This document shows, one piece after another, positions 1 through 10,639 of a DNA stretch of 64,000 nt (positions are counted from its first letter, which is position 1; every line of letters starts with the position of its first letter). This DNA comes from Trueperaceae bacterium (lineage in GTDB: Bacteria > Deinococcota > Deinococci > Deinococcales > Trueperaceae), in assembly GCA_034521815.1 (NCBI GenBank), contig JAXHLW010000001.1, positions 192,001 through 256,000 on the forward strand, read 5' to 3'. The notes under the pieces are model-generated. The model did no database searches. It had not been told where the DNA came from and saw only the letters and a program-made list of their open reading frames with translations. The translations under genes were made by a program, and so were the position numbers.

Positions 1-517
1 CGGCGAAGCCGAGCTGCGACAGCCAGCCGCCTCCCCACTGCCAGGCCCCCATGACGGGGTAGATGAGCGCGGTCATCACCACCGAGAAGATCAGGTAGGC
101 GCCGAACTTCATCCGTCCGCCGATCGCGCCGGACACGATCGTGGCGGCCGTGGCGGCGAAGACCATCTGGAAGAAGAAGTCGGCGGAGTTCGGGACGTTC
201 ATGCCGGTGACGTAGTTTTGGAGGAACAGCCCACCGCCGTACATGATCCCGAAGCCGACCGCCCAGTACGCCAGGCCGGCGACGGCGAAGTCGGCGATGT
301 TCTTCATGAAGATGTTGATCACGTTCTTGGAGCTGTGCAGGCCGGCCTCGAGCAGCGCGAAGCCGGGCTGCATCAGGGCGACCAGGAGCGCGCTGACGAG
401 CAGCACGACGGTGTCGAGCGCGAACGCGACGTCGGCGACGGACTCGCCCTGGGCGACGGCGAGCGTGACCGAAGATAGGACGGCCGTGGCCGAAACGAGC
501 CTTGGGAACGTCTTCAC
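1..517 (-). CDS. amtB: Ammonium transporter (Amt family), 3' part runs off the window
   Basis: Minus-strand translation from GTG 517 (RBS GAGGAGG upstream) gives a signal-like N-terminus, then ALLVALMQPGFALLEAGLHSSKNVINIFMKN...FFFQMVFAATAATIVSGAIGGR...IYPVMGAWQWGGGWLSQLGF, which are Amt motifs. Confidence 0.95.
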   Translation of the reverse strand, partial: MKTFPRLVSATAVLSSVTLAVAQGESVADVAFALDTVVLLVSALLVALMQPGFALLEAGLHSSKNVINIFMKNIADFAVAGLAYWAVGFGIMYGGGLFLQNYVTGMNVPNSADFFFQMVFAATAATIVSGAIGGRMKFGAYLIFSVVMTALIYPVMGAWQWGGGWLSQLGFA

Positions 518-568
518 GTGGACCTCCTCGGGGACAGCGCGACCGGGCCGGTCGCGGCTTGAGGCCAC

Positions 569-597
569 AGCATAGTGTCGAGCGTGCACACTGTCAA
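569..597 (-). promoter_or_regulatory. Sigma70-type promoter of amtB
   Basis: TTGACA (597-592), exactly 17 nt, then TATGCT (574-569), in an AT-enriched intergenic patch. Confidence 0.8.
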
Positions 598-640
598 GAA
601 AGAAGCGGTCAATCAGCCAAATATGCATGCACACTGTGCA
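585..640. promoter_or_regulatory. Candidate operator pair TGCACA-C-TGT(G/C)(C/A)A
   Basis: Perfect palindrome TGCACACTGTGCA at 628-640 and an imperfect copy TGCACACTGTCAA at 585-597 overlapping the -35 box. Confidence 0.55.
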
Positions 641-808
641 GGAAATGACAAGAGTTGAAAGTAGAGGACGATCAATGATGGACAAATGGCAACGAAACGC
701 TGCACAAAGCGACTGCTCGACCTCGCCAGGCGAGGTCGAGCAGTCGATGGATGGACCGACGGAACGTGCGGATGGACGGCCGAACCGCTCAGGGCGCGGC
801 GATGTGCG

Positions 809-1879
809 TCAGGACTCGGACAGCACCAGACGGCTCTTGTCGCCCACGGTGAACTGGTGGGTGCTCGGCCGGCGGCCGGCGTTCGTGATCTCGACCTCCT
901 CGCCGATCAGGCTGGCCTGGATACGGGCTCCGACGTGATGGACCTGGCTCCGCGCGCCGACGACCGCGTACTCGATCTCGGCGTTCTCGAGTCGGACGTC
1001 GTTCCCGAGCGTCGTGAACGGACCGATGTACGCGTCCTGGACCACACAGCCCGCCGCGATCAGGACCGGCCCGAACACGGTGCTGTTCCGGACCGTCGCG
1101 CCCTCCTCGACCACCACGTCACCGACGAGCCGCGCGTCCTCGATGGTCCCCGCGACGTCGCGCCGCAGGCGCAGGAGCTCCAAGCGGTTCGCGTCGAGGA
1201 TGTCCTCCGGCTTGCCGGTGTCCTTCCACCAGCCCTGGACCTCGACCGGCGCGACCAGGAAATCGCGCTCGATCAGGCGCTGGATCGCGTCGGTGATCTG
1301 GTACTCGCCCTTCGCGCCCGGCTCCAAGCCACGGATCGCGTCGTGCACGTTGGCGTCGAAGACGTACACGCCCGCCACCGCGAGGTTGGACGGCGGGTCG
1401 GACGGCTTCTCGACCAGGCCCACCACCCGGCCGCCGTCGAGCTTCGCGACCCCGAAGGCGCGGGGGTCGTCCACGGGCACGAGCGCCAAGACGGCGTTCA
1501 CGCCCTCGTCGGGACGAAACGCGTCGACGAACGGCCGAATGCCGTGCTCGAACAGGTTGTCCGAGAGGTACATCACGAACGGATCGTCGGCCAGGAACTC
1601 GCGCGAGACCTCGACGGCGTGAGCGAGACCCTTCGGGGGGTCCTGCAGCACGTACGTGAACGTCGCTCGGTCGTCGTACGGCTCCAAGGTGCGCTCCAGG
1701 TCGGCATGCGTGTCCGTGGACACCACCACGCCGATCTCGTGCACACCCACGTCCAACAGGTTGTCGACGGCGTAGTGGATCAGCGGACGATTGGCGACGT
1801 TGATGATCGGCTTCGGCCGCAAGCTGGTGATCGGGCGGAGCCGCGTCCCCAGGCCGGCGGCGAGTATCAGACCTTTCAT
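809..1879 (-). CDS. rfbA: Glucose-1-phosphate thymidylyltransferase (long form)
   Basis: MKGLILAAGLGTRLRPIT...PKPII, QDPPKGLAHAV, EKP, GEYQITDA, WWKDTG and a C-terminal left-handed beta-helix. ATG at 1879. Confidence 0.9.
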   Translation of the reverse strand: MKGLILAAGLGTRLRPITSLRPKPIINVANRPLIHYAVDNLLDVGVHEIGVVVSTDTHADLERTLEPYDDRATFTYVLQDPPKGLAHAVEVSREFLADDPFVMYLSDNLFEHGIRPFVDAFRPDEGVNAVLALVPVDDPRAFGVAKLDGGRVVGLVEKPSDPPSNLAVAGVYVFDANVHDAIRGLEPGAKGEYQITDAIQRLIERDFLVAPVEVQGWWKDTGKPEDILDANRLELLRLRRDVAGTIEDARLVGDVVVEEGATVRNSTVFGPVLIAAGCVVQDAYIGPFTTLGNDVRLENAEIEYAVVGARSQVHHVGARIQASLIGEEVEITNAGRRPSTHQFTVGDKSRLVLSES

Positions 1880-1959
1880 GCACCACGCTCCCTCGCCCGA
1901 CGATACCGCAGCGCATCGCCCCGACCGGACGCACGGCCCGCCTCGGATAGCATGCCGAC

Positions 1960-2319
1960 ATGAGCCGCACACGAAGCGACATCCGGCTCTCCGTCGCCAT
2001 GGACGACGGGGGCGTGACCGACATCGAGTGGGAGGCGGACGACGCACCCGACCCCGGCCTTCAGAAGGCGAAGGCGATGCTGCTTTCGTTGTGGGACGCC
2101 GAGGCGCGCAACGCGCTGCGTATCGACCTGTGGACGCAGGACATGACCGTCGAGGACATGAACGACTTCGTGTTCCAGACGCTGCTCACCTTGGGCGACA
2201 CCTACAAGGGCGCGACCGGCGACGCCGAGCTGATGGCCGAGATCAAGCTGTTCGCTCGGGACTTCGCCGAGAAGGCGTCCACCCGCGAACGCGAGCGGCA
2301 GCGGTCGGGCCCGACGTGA
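1960..2319 (+). CDS. gldC: GldC-family protein (gliding motility-associated family)
   Basis: KAMLLSLWD...LRIDLWTQDMTVEDMNDFVFQTL...TY..ATGD pattern typical of GldC. Leaderless -10 TAGCAT lies 6 nt before the ATG. Confidence 0.8.
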   Translation: MSRTRSDIRLSVAMDDGGVTDIEWEADDAPDPGLQKAKAMLLSLWDAEARNALRIDLWTQDMTVEDMNDFVFQTLLTLGDTYKGATGDAELMAEIKLFARDFAEKASTRERERQRSGPT

Positions 2320-3131
2320 AAATCGCCGTGATCGGGTGCGGCTGGCTGGGGTTGCCGCTGGCCGCCTCGCTGGCGGCAGCGGGCCACGAGGTGAGCGGAA
2401 CGACCACGCGCCCGGGGCGCCTCGCCGAGATCCGGAAGCGCGGCGTCCGCCCGAAGCGGTTGCTGCTGGCCCCCGACGCGGACGGCGTCGTACGGATCAT
2501 TGGGGAGACGGGGATCTCGGACGGCGTCGACCGCGTCGTCGTCGCCGTGTCTCCGTCCGGCGACTACGAGGCGTACCCGAAGGCCATCGCGGCGCTGGCC
2601 GGCGAAGCCGCCCGGCGCGAAGCGGCGCACCTGACGCTCTGTTCGTCCACGGGCGTCTACCCGGGATCGCCAGCGCATCCGTTGGTGCGGGAGGAGGACG
2701 CCTCGCCGTCCGCGTCGGCGCGCGCGGGGCACCTGCTGGCTGCCGAGAAGGCCGTCCGCGACGGCCCTGTCGACGCCACGATCGTCAGGCTGGCGGGCCT
2801 GTGGGGCTACGGACGACACCCAGCGCGAAGTCTGGCGGGACGGACGCTGGACGGTCCGGGGCTGCCCGTCAACCTTCTCCACCGCGACGACGCGATCGCG
2901 GCGATCACGGCCCTGATCCTGCCGACGCCCACCACCGGCACCTTTTCGGTGGCCGCCGAGGAGCACCCGCCCCGCGGCCCCTTCTATACGAGCGAAGCGC
3001 GCCGCCTGGGCCTTGCCGCGCCGACCTTCTCGGGCGCCGCGCGGCCGGGCAAGCGCGTGTCCGCGCAAAAGTTGGCCGATGCCACCGGGTTCCGGGCTCG
3101 CTGGATGCCTGGCGACGCGGACGCGCCCTGA
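2316..3131 (+). CDS. NAD(P)-binding Rossmann protein (YeeZ-like epimerase/SDR)
   Basis: GTG overlaps the gldC stop (GTGA). Motifs KIAVIGCGWLGLPLA, SSTGVY, RLAGLWG, PVNLLHRDD. Confidence 0.85.
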   Translation: MKIAVIGCGWLGLPLAASLAAAGHEVSGTTTRPGRLAEIRKRGVRPKRLLLAPDADGVVRIIGETGISDGVDRVVVAVSPSGDYEAYPKAIAALAGEAARREAAHLTLCSSTGVYPGSPAHPLVREEDASPSASARAGHLLAAEKAVRDGPVDATIVRLAGLWGYGRHPARSLAGRTLDGPGLPVNLLHRDDAIAAITALILPTPTTGTFSVAAEEHPPRGPFYTSEARRLGLAAPTFSGAARPGKRVSAQKLADATGFRARWMPGDADAP

Positions 3132-3249
3132 CGCTCGGCCGACGCCTGATCGCCGGACGCTCGCGCGCTCCGGCCCGCGAGGGTCCGTGGCGTCGCCGAG
3201 CGTGGGCCGGCCAGCGGTCCGGTCGACGCCACGACGCTACATTCGGGTC

Positions 3250-4691
3250 ATGCCACCTGTCGTCCGCATCGTCGCGTCGATCCTCGTCCTGGTGTCGCTC
3301 GGCAGCGTCTGGACCGGCGCAGGGGCGCAAGGCGAGCCGGACGCCGGCGCGACGACGCTCGCGAGCGACCTCGCCTTCGTCGCGCCCGACGGACGCCTGG
3401 CGTGGCTGCCCGCGGGAGCGGAGCGGATCCGCCGGCTAGGGTCCGAGGCGGACCGCCACGCGTTCCCCGCCTTCTCCCCGGACGGACGACGCCTGGCCGT
3501 GATCGTGCAGCACGCTTCCGGCGCACGGGCCGTGGTGATGGACCTGGGCCAGGTCGCAGCTGGCGAGCGCGCCAGGCCGTCGGAAGCGGTCTGGTTCGAC
3601 GAGCCGGACGCGCCGGTGATCTACCTGGACTGGGCGGACGACGGCGAATCGCTCCTCCTCCTGGTCGCGGACGCCGGCTCCGGGTTCCGGCTGGTGCGCG
3701 CCGACGAGGACGACCGTCGGACCCTCGCCCGAGGGGCGCCGCTGTATTGGGACCAGCTCTGGGACGGCGGTGTCGTCGTGCACACCGGCGGGCCGAGCGG
3801 GTCACGGCTCACGACGGTGGACGAGGCCGGTCGCGAGACCGGGGAGCTTCCGAGACCGGGAGCGTTCAGGAGCCCGGCGATCTCCCCCAGCGGTCGCTGG
3901 CTCGCGTACGGCAGCGTGGACCTCGGCGGCCGGCGACGCGCCGTCGTCGTTCCGGCGCCGGGCGTCGGGCGCACGGGACCTGGGAGCCCGGGGCTCGGAC
4001 GCCCGGGGTCTGGAAGCCCGGACGTCCTGAGCGCGCTGGGCCACCGCGGGGTCACCGCCTTCGCGTGGCATCCGACGCGTGATCTCCTGGCGCTGACGCG
4101 GCCCCTGAGCGACGTCCCCCACTCGTTCGGACCCCTGGGCGGCCTCGATGCGAGCAGCGGCCGGTTCGAGCCGTGGATCGACGAGCCGGTGGTCGCGTTC
4201 TGGTGGTCGCCGGACGGCCGGCGCATCGCCGTGCTGACCGTCGACGCGCCCGGGGGCGGCACCGTGGCCCGGAGCGACGCCGCACGTCGGGCGACGGTCC
4301 TCGCGTCGACCGGCGCGTCGACCGGCGCGTCGATCCGCACGTCGATCCGCACGTCGGCCCGCGAGCCCGATCTGCCCGGACGCGCCCCGTCGCGACGCCT
4401 CCAGGGCGACGGGGCGCGCTTCCGGCTGGGCATTCTGGACGTCGAGAGCGACGTCACCCGCTGGCTGGCCACGGTGACGCCCAGCCGCACCTTCTTGACC
4501 CAGGAGCTCCCGTTCTTCGATCAGTACGCCAGGAGTCACGCCCGCTGGTCGCCCGACGGCACGCTGTTGGCGCTGTCCGTCCAGAACGCCTCGGGGCGAG
4601 AGTCGGTCTGGATCGTGGACGTCGCGACCGGCACGGTGCGCGACCTGGCGCCCGGGGCCATGCCCGCCTGGCCGCCCGGCCAGCCGCCCGG

Positions 4692-4695
<4 letters not shown>
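3250..4695 (+). CDS. Secreted TolB-like / PD40 beta-propeller protein
   Basis: Signal peptide, then repeated FSPDG / ISPSG / WSPDG blade motifs. -10 TACATT lies 6 nt before the ATG. Confidence 0.75.
4303..4356 (+). repeat. In-frame 12-bp tandem duplications (ASTG ASTG / SIRT SIRT)
   Basis: GCGTCGACCGGC x2 followed by (G/A)CGTCGATCCGC x2. Confidence 0.9.
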
Positions 4696-5593
<898 letters not shown>

Positions 5594-5597
<4 letters not shown>

Positions 5598-6652
5598 GAG
5601 GGGGTCTCCGCCTCGGGCTGGTGCTGCGTGGCGCAGTGGAACGCCCCGCCTCCGGTGATCAACCCGGTCGCGGGGACGCCGACGACCTCGCGCTCCGTGA
5701 AGACGCCGCGCAGGATCTCCAACGCCTCCGCGTCGCGAGGGTCGTCGTAGGTCGGTACGATCACGCCGCCGTTCACGAGGCAGAAGTTCGCGTAGCTGCG
5801 GGGCGGTCGCACGCCGTTCAGGCGCGAGCGGTCGCTCGGCAACGGTAGATCGACGATCCGGTAGGCCGATCCGTCCACGCGCCGCAGCGCCTCGAGCGTG
5901 GCGCGGTTCGCCCTGAGCGAGGCGAGGTTCTCGGTGTCGTCGGCGTCGGGGCGGACGCAGACGATCGTGTCTTCCGCCGCGAAACGGACCACCGTGTCGA
6001 CGTGCCCGTCGGTGTGGTCGTCGACCAGGCCGCCGACCAGCCAGACGATCCGCGTCGCGCCCAAGCCGTCGCGCATGAGCGAGGTGTAGCCGATCTCGTC
6101 CATGCCACGGTTCCGCACGCCGTCCAGCAGGCAGCTGCGCGTGGTGAGGACGGTTCCGTCGTCGCCCATCTCGATCGCGCCGCCTTCGAGCACCTCGTCG
6201 AACGCGAACCGCCGGACGCCCAGCGCCGCCGCGATCTCGGCGGGGACCCGGTCGTCGAGGTCCGATGCGTACTTGCCGGCCCAGCCGTCGAAGCGCCAGT
6301 CCGTCAGCGCCAGCTTGCCATCGTTTCCGACGACGAACAGGGGACCGTTGTCGCGCAGCCAGACGTCGTTCGAGGGCACGGGGTGGAAACGGACCGCCTC
6401 GTTGGGAACGCCGGCCTGGCGGAGCCGCGTCTCGGCGTCGGTGCGCGCCTCCGCGTCGCGCACGTTCACGACGACCGGCTCGAACCGCGCGATGGCGGCG
6501 ACCATGGCCGTCATGTCGTCGCGGGCGGGCTCCAGCTGGCCTTCCCAGAGCACGTCGTCCGCGGGCCAGGTGGTCCAGGTCGCGGCGTGACGGGCGCGTT
6601 CGACCGGCATGCGGAAGCCCAGCTCGCGAGGGGTGGGGGAGGGTCGGGACAC
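5594..6652 (-). CDS. aguA: Agmatine deiminase
   Basis: WLRDNGP, LEGG, DDHTDGHVD, SYANF, GGGAFHCATQHQP. GTG at 6652 follows AAGGAGG. Confidence 0.95.
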
Positions 6653-6813
6653 GCGGGCCTCCTTCGCTCGGGGCATGCTAGCAGAGCGCCGACGACGGGC
6701 GTCCTTTCGGCGTGCTACCTTGACGCGCCGGTCGGAGTTCGAGCCGGTGCTTCGTCCCCAACTCCTGGCGCGTCCGCGAGAGCCGGACCGTTGCGCCCCC
6801 GCCGAGGTGCCCC

Positions 6814-8724
6814 GTGGCCAAGACTCCATCCCTCGAACCGTTCAGCCCCGCCGACGCCACCGAGCTGTACAACGTCGACGCCTGGTCCAGCGGCTACCTG
6901 CGCGTCGGCGACGACGGCAACCTCCGCGTCCGCGTCGACGGCGCGGAGGCGGCGCTGACCGACATCGTCGCGAGGATCCAGGCGGAGGGCCGTCCGCTCC
7001 CGACGATCCTGCGGTTTCCGCAGATCCTCGAGGATCGCCTGGCTCGCGTCAACGGCGCGTTCGAGAGGGTCATCGCCGAAGCCGGCTACCGCGGCAGCTA
7101 CCAGGGCGTGTACCCGATCAAGGTGAATCAGCGACGGGTCGTCGTGGAGACGCTGGCCGAGGCCGGCGCCCGCTGGCGTACCGGCCTCGAGGCCGGCAGC
7201 AAGGCCGAGCTGGCGCTGATCCTGGTGCAGGACACGCACCCCGCCGCGCTGATCCAGTGCAACGGCTTCAAGGACGACGACTTCGTGCGACTGGCGCTGT
7301 GGGGTCGCAAGCTCGGAAAGAACGTCACGCTGACGCTCGAGAAGGTCGGCGAGCTGGAGCGCGTTCTCCGCATCGCGCGCGAGCTGGACGTCGAGCCCGC
7401 CATCGGCGTGCGCTTCAAGCTGCATGCGCGCGGCAGCGGAGCGTGGGAGTCGTCGGGAGGCGACGACGCCAAGTTCGGTCTCACCGCCAGCGAGCTGCTC
7501 GCGGTCGCCGGTCGCCTTCGGCGCGAGGGGCTGGGCCACACCCTCACCATGCTGCACACGCACGTCGGCAGCCAGGTCACCGACGTGCGCAAGATCCGTG
7601 TCGCCGTGCGCGAGGCGGCCCAGACCTACGTCGAGCTGGTCGAGGCGGGGGTGGCGCCCGTCTACCTGAACCTGGGGGGCGGCCTGGCGGTCGACTACGA
7701 CGGCTCCAAGACGACCTTCCACGCCTCGGCGAACTACGGCCTGCGCGAGTACGCCGAGGCGCTCGTCTATACCGTGATGGAGGTGTGCGACGAGGCGGGG
7801 ACGCCCCATCCCACCTTGGTCACCGAGTCCGGCCGGGCGCTCACCGCGCATCACTCCGTGGTGGTGGCGCCGGTCATCGACGCGATCGGTCGCACGCGCG
7901 ACCCGGTCGAGCTGCCGCCGCTTCCGGACGACCCGCACGCCCTGGTCGGAGACATGGAGGAGCTGCTCGGCGACGTGACCGTCAAGACCTACCGGCAGAC
8001 GTACAACGAGGCGGTCTCGAACAAGGACACCATGCACCAGCTGTTCGACCTCGGCTACCTGAGCCTGGTCGAGCGTGCGCACATCGAGCGCCTGTACAAC
8101 CGCATCCTGGAGCGGATCGCCAAGGTGATCGCCGGGCTGGACTACGTGCCCGAGGAGCTCGAGGACCTTTCGACCTGGCTGGCGGACACCTACGTCGTGA
8201 ACTTCAGCGTGTTCCAGACGTTGCCCGACCACTGGGCGATCGGCGCGCTGTTCCCGGTCATGCCCCTGGCCCGGCTGAACGAGCGGCCCACGCGGCGGGC
8301 CACCCTGGCGGACATCAGCTGCGACAGCGACGGCAAGATCACCAAGTTCATCGACCTGCGCGACGTCGCGGCCACCTTGCCGGTCCACGAGATCCGCGAG
8401 GGCGAGCCGTACCTGCTGGGCTTCTTCCTCACCGGCGCGTACCAGGACGTGCTCGCGAACGCCCACAACCTGTTCGGACGGGTCGCCGAGGCGCACGTGC
8501 GGATCGGCGCGGACGGCGAGATCGTGATCGAGCGCTTCGTCGGCGGGCAGAAAGCCAGGCGCGTGATCGAGAACATGGGCTACGAGACCGAGGAGCTTTT
8601 GGCCTGGCTGGGACAGGAGATCGGCGAGGCCGAGGCGGCGGGCGCCCCGCTGCGCCCGGACGAGGAGGCCGCGCTTCGCGAGCTGTACGGACACGAGCTC
8701 GTCGGCTACACCTACTTCGAATAG
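6814..8724 (+). CDS. speA: Biosynthetic arginine decarboxylase
   Basis: VYPIKVNQ (PLP lysine), GLEAGSK, HVGSQ, GGGLAVDYDGS, ESGRA, DISCDSDG, GAYQD. Confidence 0.96.
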   Translation: MAKTPSLEPFSPADATELYNVDAWSSGYLRVGDDGNLRVRVDGAEAALTDIVARIQAEGRPLPTILRFPQILEDRLARVNGAFERVIAEAGYRGSYQGVYPIKVNQRRVVVETLAEAGARWRTGLEAGSKAELALILVQDTHPAALIQCNGFKDDDFVRLALWGRKLGKNVTLTLEKVGELERVLRIARELDVEPAIGVRFKLHARGSGAWESSGGDDAKFGLTASELLAVAGRLRREGLGHTLTMLHTHVGSQVTDVRKIRVAVREAAQTYVELVEAGVAPVYLNLGGGLAVDYDGSKTTFHASANYGLREYAEALVYTVMEVCDEAGTPHPTLVTESGRALTAHHSVVVAPVIDAIGRTRDPVELPPLPDDPHALVGDMEELLGDVTVKTYRQTYNEAVSNKDTMHQLFDLGYLSLVERAHIERLYNRILERIAKVIAGLDYVPEELEDLSTWLADTYVVNFSVFQTLPDHWAIGALFPVMPLARLNERPTRRATLADISCDSDGKITKFIDLRDVAATLPVHEIREGEPYLLGFFLTGAYQDVLANAHNLFGRVAEAHVRIGADGEIVIERFVGGQKARRVIENMGYETEELLAWLGQEIGEAEAAGAPLRPDEEAALRELYGHELVGYTYFE

Positions 8725-8745
8725 CGCTCGGCCAGGAGTACGCTG

Positions 8746-9459
8746 GTGGTGGAGGTGATGCGTGTGAGCGAGGAGCCAGGCACGTCGGAGGCGAAGAACG
8801 TGGAGATCGCTGCAGCCTCGACCGTTTCGCTGCAGGTGTACGGAGAGCTGGTGCTTAGGCAGGGGCCGGCGCCGTCGCTGCGCATCGTCGGCGATCCGGA
8901 GCTGGTCGCCAAGGCGCAGGCCGAGGTGCGCGGCGATACGCTGGAGCTCACGTTGGGCCGCGACTGGATGGACCGGCTCGCGAGCGGCCTGGCGATGCTG
9001 GGCAACCGCACGCTTCGCTACGAGGTCACGCTCCCGGCGCTGCGCCGGATCGAGGTGGCGGGCCGTGGACGGCTGGACCTCGACGGGCTCGACGGGGAGG
9101 CTCTGACCGTGCGGGTCTCGGGACTGGCGGACGGGACGCTGCGCGGGCTCACGCTGGCCTCGCTCGATGTCGAGATCGCCGGCAGGGCCGAGCTGACGCT
9201 GGCGGGTCGCGTGGGCAGCGAGCGTCTGCGCGTGTCCGGCTCTGCGCAGCTGGACGCGTGGGGGCTGAGCGCCGAACGCGCCGAGGTCCGCATCTCCGGT
9301 CACGGCGAGGTGGGGCTCGCGGTCGCGGAGCGGCTCGAAGCGCGCATCACCGGCTACGGGAACGTCACGTACGACGGAGACCCCGTCGTGGATCAGACGG
9401 TCTCCGGCGGGGGGACCGTCCGGCGCGGTGCACGGCCCGACGAGGCTCAGAACCGGTAG
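8746..9459 (+). CDS. GIN-domain / DUF2807 family protein
   Basis: Repeating 'l.v.vSG.g.v.l' beta-helix units, ending in ITGYGNVTYDGDP...VSGGG. Exact start is uncertain. Confidence 0.8.
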   Translation: MVEVMRVSEEPGTSEAKNVEIAAASTVSLQVYGELVLRQGPAPSLRIVGDPELVAKAQAEVRGDTLELTLGRDWMDRLASGLAMLGNRTLRYEVTLPALRRIEVAGRGRLDLDGLDGEALTVRVSGLADGTLRGLTLASLDVEIAGRAELTLAGRVGSERLRVSGSAQLDAWGLSAERAEVRISGHGEVGLAVAERLEARITGYGNVTYDGDPVVDQTVSGGGTVRRGARPDEAQNR

Positions 9460-10196
9460 CGGCCCAGCTCCTCGCCGATGTCGAGCGCGGGCCGGATCCG
9501 GCGAGCGGCCGGGAGCTCGCGAGCCAACGCCTCCGTTCGAGGCAGGTGCACCAGGACCAGACGCTTGGCGTTCGCGCTCCGGGCGGTCTGGGCGGCCTGT
9601 TCGGCGCTGCTGTGGACCGGGCCCTCGCCGGTCGCCTCGTGCAGCAGGAGGTCGGCGTCCCTGGCCAGCTCCGTGATCATGGGCGTCGGCGCCGTATCGC
9701 AGCTGTAGCTCGCGACCCGGCCGCTGGCGCGATCCTCGAACCGCAGCCCGACGACCGGCACGGCGTGCCGGCCTGGCGAGGCCGATACGCGCCAGCCGTG
9801 AGCGTCGAGCACCGTGGCCCCTGGCGCGTGAACGATCTCGTGCTCGGTCCAGCCGGGGTAGCCCTCCCAGCCCGATACGTCGAAGGCGTCGTGGACGCGT
9901 CGAACCTGATCGAGGACCGCTGCGATGGCGTACACCGGGAGCGGGTCGCGGCGGCCCATCAGCCAGAGCCGCTCCATCATCAGCGGGAATCCCGCCACGT
10001 GATCGGCGTGTTCGTGCGTGATCACGACGGCCGCCAACGCGGTCGGGTCGAGCCCCGTCGCTTCCAAGCGCGGGACCACGTCACCGCCGCAGTCCACCAG
10101 CAGCACGCCTCGACCGTTGTCGAGCGCCATCATCGTGGTCGTGCGATCCGGGTCGCTGACGACCGCGCCTGCGCCGAGCAGGTGAAGCGTGGGCAT
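9447..10196 (-). CDS. MBL-fold metallo-hydrolase, RNase Z-like
   Basis: LLVDCG, THEHADH (HxHxDH), YSCDT, HEAT, LVHL motifs. Confidence 0.85.
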   Translation of the reverse strand: MPTLHLLGAGAVVSDPDRTTTMMALDNGRGVLLVDCGGDVVPRLEATGLDPTALAAVVITHEHADHVAGFPLMMERLWLMGRRDPLPVYAIAAVLDQVRRVHDAFDVSGWEGYPGWTEHEIVHAPGATVLDAHGWRVSASPGRHAVPVVGLRFEDRASGRVASYSCDTAPTPMITELARDADLLLHEATGEGPVHSSAEQAAQTARSANAKRLVLVHLPRTEALARELPAARRIRPALDIGEELGRYRF

Positions 10197-10248
10197 GTGG
10201 ACAGGATAGGGCGTCCCCGCCGCAGATGGCGGACAGGCGTCACGCCGG

Positions 10249-10285
10249 CAGGCGGTGTCAGTACAGGCGGTGTCAGTACAGGCGG
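10249..10285. repeat. 15-bp tandem repeat duplicating the csaA 3' end and stop codon
   Basis: CAGGCGGTGTCAGTA x2 plus CAGGCGG. Confidence 0.9.
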
Positions 10286-10635
10286 GCGCCGTTCGGCACC
10301 GGTCGCTCGACCGTCGTCAGCACCACGCCGTGCGGCGTGTCGAACCCGGTGATCAGACACTCCGACACGAACGGACCGATCCGACGCGGCGGTACGTTCA
10401 CGAGCGCCACGACCTGCCGGCCGTGAAGGTCCTCGGCGCGATAGAGCTCGGTCAGGCGCGCGCTGGAGGCGCGCACGCCGATCGCGGCCCCGAAGTCCAC
10501 CCACAGCTTCCAGGCGGGCGTGCGGGCCTCGGGGAACGCCTCGACCCGAACGATCGTGCCGACGCGCAGGTCGGCACGGAAGAAGGTGTCCACGTCGGTG
10601 GTCGGAGCCAGCGGGGGGTGGGCGGCGTCGTCCAC
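10273..10635 (-). CDS. csaA: CsaA / Trbp111-type tRNA-binding chaperone
   Basis: DLRVGTIV...FPEARTPAWKLWVDFG...SSA.LT..Y...VNVPPRRIGPFVSECL.TGF...VPNGARLY. Confidence 0.92.
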   Translation of the reverse strand: MDDAAHPPLAPTTDVDTFFRADLRVGTIVRVEAFPEARTPAWKLWVDFGAAIGVRASSARLTELYRAEDLHGRQVVALVNVPPRRIGPFVSECLITGFDTPHGVVLTTVERPVPNGARLY

Positions 10636-10639
10636 GGGG

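Noticed and set aside
635-650. TGTGCAGGAAATGACA as a GlnR/TnrA box
   Set aside because: It is one base short and mismatched against TGTNA-N7-TNACA. The TGCACA palindrome explains the region better.
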